Source: Octopus bimaculoides (lineage: Eukaryota). From it: DNA of 64,000 bases. The translations under genes and the position numbers were made by a program. Of this stretch, positions 36,914 to 49,900 are shown one piece after another. Position 1 is the first letter of the stretch, and each line of letters opens with the position of its first letter. Below the pieces are notes generated by a model that was not told where the DNA came from, did no database searches, and saw only the letters and a list, made by a program, of their open reading frames with translations. The stretch lies in the NCBI RefSeq assembly GCF_001194135.2, contig NC_068991.1, positions 5,967,834 through 6,031,833 on the forward strand, written 5' to 3'.

Positions 36914-39900
36914 CTGGCAAAAAAAAGGGAAGAACAGTTGGTTGGATTTTTTATAAAGTCATTATATAGGCACAGGAGTAGCTGTATGGTAAGCAAAAAA
37001 AAAACAAAACTTACTCTGAGATTGGCATTTAAATGAGAGCCACCAGGAAACTTTTTTATATTCCATACAATTTGTTTATTAGAGGCTTTTAACTCTATAG
37101 TTTGATCAGGTCCAATTAGCTGTTGGCTAATCCTGGAATAAGTTGAAGAAAAAAAAACAAGGATTAGGATTAAAGCATCTGAATTGGTAACAAGTGTATA
37201 AAATCAAATCATTCAAAAGAAATTAATTAATGGTTATTGTGTGTCAGTGAAAATGGGTGTATATACACTATACTAGGCTAGATTCGTTTGAAAATTACAA
37301 GCTCATCAGTAGTGACTACACATATATGTATGCGTGTGTATAAACTACACAAAAATGAGCTAGGAGAAAGAATTCAAGAGTGGCTAGTAGCATGTTTTTA
37401 ACTTAAATACACCTCTTCGGTTTACGACTGAGTCCCGTTCCAACTGACAGGTCGTAAGTCGATCTGGTCATATGTCAGATTTATATTTTTCAACATTATT
37501 TTCATTTGTGCAACTGATGTTTGAAAGCAACCGAGTGAGAGATAGTGGATGCCTGCATTGCCAGATGTTGCCATGGTTATTGTATGCGCAGCTGCCTAAC
37601 ATCCGGAAATCAATTGCTTATTTAATTTTTGTGGTCGTAAGTTGAGAAGAAGGTGTACTGGTATATCGAATATCAAACAACATAAATTCTTGACTTATTC
37701 TGGGGAGGGGAATTAATCTCGAGAATCAAGAATCTTTCAAAGGTGACATGCCATTAAAGAAAAGGACAGATTATTATCTGGAGATAAGAGGACAGTTGTG
37801 GACATGTGCTGCTGTCATCATCATCACAACAATTGTCTCACCTGACCTCCAGGAGTGAACGGACTGTGCGCTAAATATAATTCTGCTTCTAGTTTCATTT
37901 GGGGGAAACAAATCTACACTATGACATTACAGAGATTAAATATCAGTAGAGTAAATATAAAATTCAGTTTCAAGTTTTGGGACTCACAGGACTGGTTATC
38001 CAGTTTCCGTGGGGTGTGAGTAACCAAGATCACAGCATTCCCCTTAAACAGGACGCCAGTCTGTCTCAGGGTTAGTCATTTACAGCTGAGTAGACTGGAG
38101 CAATATGAAATGAAGTGTCTTGCTCAAGAACACAATGCACTGTCCAGTCCAGGTATTGAAACCACAATCTTATGACCATGAGTCTACCACCTTAACCACT
38201 AGACCATGCACTTCCACAATTAAGTATCAAAGTGATATGAAATACAATAAGGTAACGAGCTGGAAGAATCGTTAGCACACCAGGTAAAATGCTTAGCGGT
38301 ATTTCATCTGTCTTTACAATCTGAGTTCAAATTCCACCAAGGTCGACTTTGCCTTTCATCTTTTCAGGGTCAAGAAAGTAAGTACCAGTTATGCACTGCG
38401 GTTGATGTAATCAACTAGCCCTCTCCCCAAAAATGTCAAGCCTTGTACCTACAATAGAAAGGATATTAAATACAACAATAATGCTACTCACCCAGAAACT
38501 GTTCCTGGCACAGGAATTCTTAACACAATATTTACAGCTTCCGTGTTTTCTGGGATGTGACTAAGTAACTGGAGTGACAAACAGGTGTCCCTGGAACTAC
38601 AAATCAAAAGGGGAAACAATGAGGTGTTGTTAGTCAGGGGCCCTGACCATTCAGTCCTTTCCTTTTATTTTCTCCAAATAAACAATAATCTGAACCTCAC
38701 AGAAGATACGACAAGGGACCGTGGCAACTGGCAAATATGATTTACAGGAGAAAACCTGTGAAGGTTGCAATGAAGTGTTATTCTAAGCTACTCCATTAAT
38801 TTGGTCATCATTATTATCATCACCATCATTTAACGTCCACTTTTCCTTGCTTACATGGGTCAGACGAAGTCGCTGAGGCAGATTTTGTAGGGCTGGATGT
38901 TCTTCCTGTCACCAACCCTCACCTGTTTTCAAGCAAGGTAATATATATACATATATATATATATAGCAGGTAACTTTCAGTTTCCATCTATAAAATCTGC
39001 TCACAAGGCTTTGGTTGGCCCAGAGCTATAGCAGAAGACACTTCCACAAGGTGCTGCTCAGTGGGACTGAGCCGAAGACCACATATTTGGGAAGCAAGTT
39101 TCTCAGCCACACAGCCACACCTGCACCTATGTCACACCAAGAAACACAAAATACTTACGGAGAGTCAAAATCCTTTTCCTGTACTTGTAATCTAAATGGT
39201 GGCTTTAAAGGAGGATCTGATGCCAGTCTGTACGTCATAGCAGAAAACTGTAAAAACAAACAGAAGTTCTACAAGTACATCAATATTACAAGAATATCTA
39301 CCAGTATATTTATTATATCTACAAGTATCATCATCGTTGTTTAACGTCCGCTTTCCATGCTAGCATGGGCTGGACGATTTGACTGGGGACTGGTGAACCA
39401 GATGGCTGCACCAGGCTCCAATCTGATTTGGCAGAGTTTCTACAGCTGGATGCCCTTCCTAACGCCAATCACTCCGAGAGTGTAGTGGGTGCTTTTACGT
39501 GCCACCGGCACGAAGGCCAGTCAGGCAGTACTGGCAACGGCCATGCTCAAAATGGTGTATTTTACGTGCTCAATGTTATTTCAAATAAGTTATTAAAATA
39601 TTGCAAAACTTTTGAGTCAACACAATATATTTTTTGCAATAAAAACAAATTTTATGCAAAAACATAGAAAAAAGACATAATTACCTCACCAATGGGAGGA
39701 TTGAGTATAAGACATCGGGAAGTATTAAATTCTTCTTTGCGAACACATTGATGAAAACTGCACTGCTCCATAGTTACATGGCTGTTGAAATCTAGGAAGA
39801 AACAAAGTTACTTCTGCTGAAAGAGTCTGATATGAATAAATCTTTACCTTTTAAAGGTGAAGAATAATCGCTACATTTGCACTAAAGAAGACAAAACCAT

Positions 39901-41000
39901 TTTGAATTTGATACAAGATGGATAAGAGTATTATTGCTTGAAATTTTGTAAAAAGATATCTAAATCTCAAAAAGCAAAAGGAAGTATACAGGCGTGGCTG
40001 TGTGGTAAGAAGCTTACTTCCGAACCACGCACTGGGGTCGATGTAATCGACTTAATCCCTTTGTCTGTCCTTGTTTGTCCCCTCTATGTTTAGCCCCTTG
40101 TGGGCAATAAAGAAATAAGAAATAGATACAATGGTAAGCAGCAGGTGCAGTCTATAATTTACAGGTGTGTTTGGCATTAGGAAGGGCATCCAGTCACAGA
40201 AACCATGCCAAAGCAGACAGTAGAGCTTGGAGTAGTCTTCTGACTTACCAGCTCTGGTCAAACCATCCACCCCATGCCAGCATGGCAAATGGACATTAGA
40301 TAGAATGATGATGATGAAGATCCATCATCTTGTGATGCAGAATTTGAATTTAAATTCAAATCTACACATCAGTAAAGCTGAGTTAAAAGGCCTCTCTAGA
40401 TATACTTGTCCTCGTCATTGAATGTCCGTTTTCCATGCTAGCATAGGTTCAATGGTTCAACATGAAGCAGAGGAGTATACCTAACACTGCTGTCTGCTTT
40501 AGCATAGTTTCCACAGCTGAATGCCCTTCCTAATGCCACACACTTTTGCAGAGGGTACTGGGTGCTTTTTACATGGTACTAGCACTACACAAATCTTAAA
40601 GGGTTCCCTTACAAGTTAATGTGTTATGGGACACAAAATAGAAAATTAATAATGTCGTAAAAAAAAAAAAAATCAATTTTACCTTTTGGCTTCCCCTGTT
40701 CAGCAAGTGTGAGGTCCTCATTAACAGCTAATTTAATTACTGGATTACCACTTAAAAAACTCTTTACATTTATATTTCCTGTGACATCCATACGAGACAC
40801 AAGCCCCTGAAAGAACATAGTCAACATATCAATAATAATAATAAAAAGCAAATCCTTAAAATAGCTCAGTCAAACCATCCAACCCATGCCAGCATGGAAA
40901 ACGGACATTAAACAATGATGATGATGATGAATGAGATTCATTTACAACAATCATACAATGTCAAGACAAGGAGATAGAAACACACACACACAAACACACA

Positions 41001-41034
<34 letters not shown>

Positions 41035-41456
41035 GTCCTCTTTTATAAATCTGAGCTTATATTACAATGTAAAGAATTATAACATGCAGAAAAGAAAGAA
41101 GAAATTTTTTTTTAAATGCAGCTTACATCATTTGTAATGACAACAATCATTTTCTCAATTACATCCACAAAAATTTCATTTTTTCGGTTTTCCTGCAAAG
41201 TAGATAACCAAAACTCAATATATATACATATATATATATATATACATAATTTAATAAACTTGAACTGCATCTCAGACGTAGTCAGTTTACAAATTACCGT
41301 ATTTTATGGCATAAAAGTGGCAGCAATTTATTCACAGAAAAACGTTCTTAGTGCATTAAATCATGTATTATACAATGCAATCTAACAGTTCATTACAAAA
41401 CATTACAAAAGTACGTGAGCTGGTCCTTTGTTATGATAATTCCTTCTATAGTACAA

Positions 41457-41490
<34 letters not shown>

Positions 41491-43963
41491 GAGCACTCAG
41501 AGAGCGCAAACCTCTGCCAAGGCAGCTCCAGCGTCCTCTCAACGATTAGCCGGAGATGATTTTTAAAATGAGAATATCTGAAATAAACTTGACTGCTCTC
41601 ACAAATGGGAATACATTATTTACATTTGACGGATATTTGTCCTCATCTTGTTTGTTGTAAACACGTTTTGGCTGATATACCCTCCAGCCTTCATCAGGTG
41701 TCTTGGGGAAATTTAGAACCAGAGTTCTCATTCCTAAGCTATTTTTTGATGATGTAATTATTATTATTATTATTATTATTCAGGTCACTGCCTGGGATCG
41801 AACTCGGAATCTTGGGGTTAGTAAGCCGTGCTCTTAACCACTACGCCATATGCCCGTGGGCAATTATGGAGTAAATGTAAATAATGTACATAATTCCTCA
41901 TCTCTTAAATATAGAACTACAAGACAACACTGTCCAATGTCCAATGTGACCTTCACTTTCAGACAATATGGCTGTTATTTCTAGCAGGTCAAGCAACCAC
42001 ATAGAGGATCCATCATTGTCTTACATGAATTAAATGGTTAGTACTGGTTCTAAGAACATTTTTGCAGCAGGAAAACTCACCGTAGGAAACTTTGCCATAT
42101 AGGAAATTTTGCTGTAAGATAATTTCACCGCATAGACAATTTCGAAGATATGGCAGACAACCCGATTTAGAGAAATTACTGGTCTGAAAAAAATTGCTTT
42201 TTGTATTTATTTATGTGTTTCAGCCAAGTGGCTATATATATGTTTTTTATAATTCTGTTTTAGATTTCTTTATTTTGCCCTCCCCACCTCTGTAGTTTTG
42301 CCATAAGAATCTAATAGATAGGTTGGTTGAAACAATTATATACCAAGGGAGGAATTTGTCCTTTTTTTGGTGAAATTGTCTTGCGGCAAAATTTCCTGCG
42401 TGGCAAAATTTCCTGTGTGGCAAACTTTCCTGCAGCCAAAAATCCTGGGGCAAATTTTCCTGTGGTAAAAATATTTGTGTCAAATTTTCCGGATACGGTT
42501 AGTACTGGTGACATAAGCGGGTGGTAATGTTTATTTTATAAATAGCATGGAAAACAACATTAATATTTTAGATTAGGAGTTAGTATTAGATTGTTAATTA
42601 AGCAGTTAATAAATGTAAATTTAATTTAGGATGACTTCTATGTTAACGGAACCAGTAAGATAACAACACGCAAATGTCTAAATACATGATGGCTAATTGA
42701 CGAAACATCAAATTTATTGCCATCGTACTCATTAAATTCATGATTAAATTAGATGTTGTTAATAACATTACAATTCAGAATGGCAAACTGGCAGAATCAT
42801 TAACATGCCAGGCAAAATGCTTAGCAACATTTCATCTGCCTTAACATTCTGAGTTCAAATTCTGCCAAGGTCGAATTTGGTTTTCATCCCTTCAGGGTCC
42901 ACAAAATAAGTATCAGATGAGCACAGGGGTTGATCAAGAAAATCATAATCTTAAAAGTAAAATAACCTTAAATTTAATTCATAGACTATAAGTACTGTAT
43001 TTAAACATGTATAAGGAACCCTCGTGTATAAGGAGCCCCCTAATTTTGGAGGCTTAAAATTTGGAAAAAAGGTTTTGTAAGGCATTATAATACTATCCAT
43101 GTACAACAAACTCCCATATTTTTTTAACCTAATTTTTGACAAAAAAAGGATTCCTTATACATGTTAAAATATGGTAAATACCTTTCTTCTTTTTACCAAC
43201 TAGTAAAATTCTTAGAAAATTAATCAAGTTCAGAATGAGTCTAATGACAAAATGAATCCCAGAATACTATTGAATTTTTAGTCTTCATACAGTGAATCTA
43301 GACCAATCTTCTTTATGCTATATTCATGGTAGATATTGAACTCAGCAATGCAGTGAATTATACAGCTCTTTAATTACTTACAAGGTTAAGCAGTACCTCA
43401 TTATGGTACCTAATTGCAGTTGGCTGGATTGGACAAGTAAAAGCTAAATAGTTCTAACCAAAGACACAGCATTAAATGATGGGATGAAAACTATAAACTC
43501 CTTTCATTGTAATTTGAAACCTTAAACAACTCAGACCAGCTGTGACTGTGTATGATACATCTCAGCAATTATTTCACTGACTATTACCAGTTCTTAGATT
43601 CCTATATACATATACATATATAAATATATATATATATATATCATCATCATCATCGTCATCATCATCATCATCGTTTAACCTCCGCTTTCCATGCTAGCAT
43701 GGGTTGGACGATTTGACTGAGGACTGGTGAAACCGGATGGCAACACCAGGCTCCAGTCTGATTTGGCAGAGTTTCTACAGCTGGATGCCCTTCCTAACGC
43801 CAACCACTCAGAGAGTGTAGTGGGTGCTTTTACGTGTCACCCGCACGAAAACGGCCACGCTCGAAATGGTGTCTTTTATGTGCCACCCGCACAAGCCAGT
43901 CCAGGGGCACTGGCAACGATCTCACTCGAAAATCCTACAGGAGCCAATCAGGCGGTACTGGCA

Positions 43964-43996
<33 letters not shown>

Positions 43997-46900
43997 TACC
44001 CACTGTATTTTCTGGCATACATGTTTACAGCCCAAAAAAGACATGTCAACTTATACACCAAGATGACTTTAGAGGACCAAAAATTCCACATGAGATGCTG
44101 CAGGATTTGGAAAGATGGTGATGACGTTTGAATGTTTACACTATATACTACATCGACTTGCATGCCAGAAAATATGGTAATCAATATGGTTTGAATACTA
44201 CTAATCATACACAGCGCAACTAATATTTATTCCATATGGATTTCAGGTTTAAGAAAAGACAGACGTTTGCATAGATGTTCTGTATATACCTTGATACAAG
44301 TGACAAAGAGCACTAGAGAGATATTTACCTGTTCCACAGCTGTTCTAACAACAGGTTTACTTGAAGCAGAGCTTGGAGCCACTCTGGTTTCTATTCCAAA
44401 CTGAAACAGAGTGAAAAACTATCTTTTAACTGCCAATGGATAAATTTCTTGAGTATTATTCAAAGTACCATTCCCGTTTCAGAGTGTGAGGAGATAATTA
44501 CCTCCCTTCGTAATAACTGCCATCTCGAGACTGCCACGTGCGGTCTTCAGCGTACTTCTGAATAAGAAGTATACTAAAGTGTCAGCCAATAGTTCTAATA
44601 TTGGATGGTAGTCTCTTGTAGTCCAGGAAAGATAGTTCTGCAATTTCTTAGCGAACAACCTGCAGGAATGTTTTGTTTATAATGATCAAATGAATGTGCT
44701 GTACATTAGCATACTCCCTCCGTCAAATTGACACTACCTGTACAGGTGTATGGTGTACCACACTTCAGGTGTTGAAATGATCGCAGAGCAACTTGAGATG
44801 AAGTGATTTGCTCAAAAACACAATGTACCACCTGGTCAACGAATTGAAACTATGATCTTAAGATCCTGAGTGCACCACCCTAGCCTCTAGGCTATGAGCT
44901 CTCAACAGTTCTAATATTAATTATTCAGTAACTAACAAAATGGGTTCTGCTTCTTCTCCGTATAACAATCTTTTCCACATGCATATGACGAAAATCAGTC
45001 ATCACAGTTTGTCTTACTTTTTAAATAATTTATGTCAATGAAGAGGCCCTTAGTGATGTTGATGAAGTTCAGTTTGAATATCTGTGGGTTAATATCTGTG
45101 AAAAAAAATCAGGAAAGAAGGTAGGACGGAAGGAACGAAGGAAAGGAGAGAAAAAGAGGATTCCAGATGGTCACATTCCTAAAAAGGATGTATAGTGCAT
45201 AGCGTTGGGGTTTCATGGGTTTCAAAGATAGGGGCATTGAGAAGAACAGCATTTGGGAAGGTTAGTGTATCAGCCAGGGATACAAGACAGCAAGGATAGT
45301 AATTAGTACAAACAGTTCAAAATGACAAACAATTCAAACCCTGTGTTAGTTGTGTTGGTGGAGTAGAGTGGGGGAAGAGGGGTGGAGGGGCTTGAGGAGT
45401 TGTGTACAGCTAAGGCACTGGAAAGAATGACTTCAGAAGGAAACACGCTCAGGTTATACGTCCTCAACACAGGACAAAGACTAAATCAAACAAATCAATC
45501 ATAGAGGTAATTAATCATATATATCAGTGGTTCTCAACCAGGGTTCATATGGCCCTAGGGGATCCATATGGCTCTTGGGGGTACATATAAGGTTTTGTTG
45601 TTAAAATTTAAGTGCAATAAACTGGTCATATTTCTACAATACACAAAATACTAAACAAATTTTTTTTATACAATTCCTAATAATATTTAACCCTTTAGCA
45701 TTTAATTCAGCCATATCCAACTCAAATATGCTACATATTTTATATTCAAACTGGCTACATCCAACCTCTCACACCTGCACTACAATGTCATTCTAAAAAT
45801 ATAAAAACATACCATGGAAATCTTGAAGCTACAATATAAGGCATGATTAATTCAAAACAATATGAATAAATAAGCAACAAATTTGACAGAGTAATTATGA
45901 AAGCTAAAGGGTTAATCATGAATGGCTAGAGTAAAATAGGAACTAAATGGGTCCATAGGTAAAAAAGGGTTGAGAACCCCTGATAAATGCACTGTATACA
46001 TTGAATAAGTGTAACTGTAAACCCTTTTGTTACCATATTGCTGCTGAAAGAGACTAATTTTGCTTCAATTCATTTTGAAGATAATGAAGAATTTAATAAT
46101 ATAACTTTGTCGTTAAGAAGGGGGTGTTTAGAACATAAATTAACATGCAATTTTGATAGGTTTTAATTAAGCTCGTTTTAAAACAGAACCAGGAGTGCTT
46201 TCAAGGAGTTGGTATCAAAAAGGGTTAAATATGTATAGTGATATACAGACTCATAAACAAATTAATACAATTAATACATACACACACACACACACACACA
46301 GAGTTTAGAAGCCAAGGAAATAGAAATTATCTTACCAATCTTGATGCAATTTCTTCTGCAGGAGATCTGTTAGCTAAAACAAGGACTGGATCTGACTGGA
46401 TATATGGTTTAATCTTGTCCGTTGTGGCTAACTGGATGTATCCAAATTCCTAATAAAAAGACAATATAAATATTGTCAAAAATTGTGAACTTATGACTCG
46501 TGTTGGGGAATTTCAGACAAAAATAAGGTCCTTGATAAAATAACATATCTTATTTACTGAAAGAAAAGTTCTTAATTGCGTGTTCTGCCCAGGGACAGGG
46601 CAAAAATGCTTGCAGTAGATTTAAAACCACAATATAGTGAAAGAATTTTTTCCCCTGTTTGGGATGAGGAGAAATGAGATTAAAAAGTAATTTATATGTA
46701 GTCTATTGACTTGCTATAAATAGCAACCAAAACACCTACAAACCATATCCTATAGGCGCAGAAGTGGCTGTGTGGTAAGTAGCTTGCTTACCAACCACAT
46801 GGTTCCGGGTTCAGTCCCACTATGTAGCATCTTGGGCAAGTGTCTTCTACTATAGCCTCGGGCCGACCAAAGCCTTGGTTGACCTCAGAACATAGAATTG

Positions 46901-49900
46901 GAAGAAATGGTTGTTTGACATTAATTAACAGAGAACTGACAATGACTCCTACTTACCAAAATTTCATTCAATATTTCATAAATCAGGAGAACATTAGCTC
47001 GAATAGCATCTTCACTGACAACTCCACAGAAATCTTTGCAGATCAGGAAGAACCTGGCAAAAGAAAAGGAAAAGTGAATCTATAAATTACATCCTCACCG
47101 TTGTTTTAATGTCTGTTTTTCCCCATCTTGCCTTAAGGAAAAAAGGTGTATAGACATCAACCAACGAGGTCCTGATGCACTGCAGCTAGGAAAAAGATGG
47201 AGTGGTCATGGCTGGAATACCTTTGGTCATAGATCTACTCAATCTGACCTGGGGCTCATCACCAGCTGCAGTACCAGCTGCATTTAACATCCGTTTCCCA
47301 TGCTGATGTGGGTTAGATGGTTTGACTGGAGCTGGTAAGGTTGAAGGCTGCACCAGACTCCATTGTCTGTTCTGGTTTGGTTTCTATGGCTGGATGCCCT
47401 TCCTAACAACAACTGCCCCACCCAGTGTATGTGTGCTTATCATGTAGCACCAGCAGAGATACTCTTTGCATGGAACTGGCACAGGTGCTTTTTATGTGGG
47501 GCCAGCACAGGAGCCAGTCTGGGGGTACTAGTGTCGGCCACGTTCGGTTGGTGCTTTTTACATGCTACCGGCACAGGAGCCAGACATAGGGTACTAGCCC
47601 CAGATAATTTAATTTAACCCATGTATTTAATTATTCCCCCACAACCACTGCATGACTCTACTCTGAATTCAAAAACAGTATAATGATTCTAACCTGGTAA
47701 GGAACTCCACAAGAAAGATAGGAGACATGTTACAGGTCGTTACAGCCATGATAAAAAGTCCGTTTCGCTTGATGTGGCAAAATGTGACATCATCTTCTTT
47801 CTAAAAATGAGAGAAATTTCAATTAAAAAAATTAACAAATGATATGAACATTTCAAACAGGTTCAAGATGATTCAAGATTTTGTCTTTTTATTTCAGAAA
47901 ATAATAAAAAGAGGGAAATTATCTAAATTACAATACGTAAGGCACTGGTGTGGTTACATGGTTAAAAAATTTGCTTCCTGACCACAATGTTTCAGGTTCA
48001 GTCCCACTGCGCAGCATGACATCTTGGTCAAATGTCTTCCACTATCGCCTCAGGCTGACCAAAGCCTTGTGAGTGAATTCGGAGGATGGAAACTGAAAGA
48101 AGCCCATTACACACACACATGTGGATATGTGTGTGTGTGTGTCTGTATGCTTGGGTATTCCTTGTCTTGACAGCATGTGATATTGTAAACAAGTATCACT
48201 GTCATACAAGCAGTGTCTTTATTTCCAATATTCTGCGAAAACATTTCTGGCCATGAGAAAATATGACCTTAGTTGGAAATAGATATGGGATGGCAACAGG
48301 AAGCACATCCAGCCATAGAAAATCTGCCTCAATAAACTCTGTTTGGCCCATGTAAGTAGGAGTCTGAGGGGATCTGTGGAGGTAGATTTTCTACAATCAG
48401 ATGCCCTTCATGTCATCAATCCGAATGTCTGAGTTCAAATTCCACTGAGGTCGACTTTGCCTGCCATCATTTCGAGGTCAATAAATTAAGTACCAGCTGA
48501 CCACCTTAAAATAACATTGGTTTCAAATTTTGGCACAAGGCCAGCAATTTCAGAGGAGGGGTGTTAAGTCGATTGCATCAACCCCAGTACCCAAATGGTA
48601 CTTATCTTATTAACCCTAAAAGAATGAAAGGCAAGCTGACCTCAGTGGAATTGGAGCTCAGAGCATGGCGACAGATGAAAGCATTTTGGACAGTGATTTA
48701 CAAGTGAATATACTGACCACAAAATAGGTTTCTTAAACTAAATGATGACACACATTATTAATCAAAGTGATGACAGGAGAGAGAGAGGAATATACTCACA
48801 AAATGGGGTAATAAATGTTCGTTTCCAACTGCACGAAGTTTCTTGAGGAAGATGACTTTAGGGTCAAAATCCAGATCAAATCTGTCTGACATGTGTTAAG
48901 TATAACAACAATATGGACATTTACCAGGCTAATGAATGAAACATCCGACCATACAGGGGTTGGCTGAAACGTTCATAGACTGACCTAGATACTCTCATGG
49001 AATTTGACCAAATTAGGTTAATTAATCAACATAGCCCCCTAACAGTCCCCACACTTCTTCCATGTATTCAAGATTTCACAGCTCTAACATCACTTTTTCA
49101 TAGTCGGCCTATGAACTTTCCAGCCTACCCTCATAGGAGAGAGAAAAAGTGTTCTTTCTTGGTTTGGGTGAGATTTTGTCTAAACTGGTGTGAGAAGAAA
49201 GACAGGGATTAAAAGATCCAGTTAAAAGGGTAATGGGAAGAGAAGTATACAAGAGAGAAGTACCCACTAGACTCTAGGAGTGGTTGGCATTAGGAAGGGC
49301 ATCCAGCTGTAGAAACTCTGCCAAATCAGATTGGAGCTTGGTGCAGCTATCTGGTTTCACCAGTCCTCAGTCAAATCGTCCAACCCATGCTAGCATGGAA
49401 AGCGGACGTTAAACGACGATGATGATGATGAGCGAATAAGGTGGTGGCAGGTATTAAGTGAGGTTGTATTATTATGTGAGGCAATAACGAAATGTGATGG
49501 GTATTCTGATGAAGCGTGACAGACAGGTCAATATTGTTATGTGTGACAGGAGTGTGATGTTTGACCATGATGTGCTATGTCATAGTAGTGAGATGTATGA
49601 CCACATTGAGTGATGTATGGCAGTTGTGAGATGTATGACCACGATGTGATGTATGACAGTTTCATAGTTTGATGATCACTACTCAGAGATATGCACCAAA
49701 GTTTCTTCCTAAAGATAAACAGCTATCATTAACAATAATAGATTTCTAATTTTATTACAATGAAATAGTTGCTTAAATGAAATTCGTTACTTAAAATGTA
49801 TTTATCTTATTGTTCCCCGCGAAAAATCATAACTTCATCCCAGCAGGATTTGAACCCAGACGTAAAGAACTCTAACTAAATACTGCAAAAGTACAGTGCT

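Noticed and set aside
41780-41856. tRNA-like sequence, as with the other SINE heads
   Set aside because: It has A/B boxes but no complete acceptor and anticodon stems, so it is an element head, not a tRNA gene.
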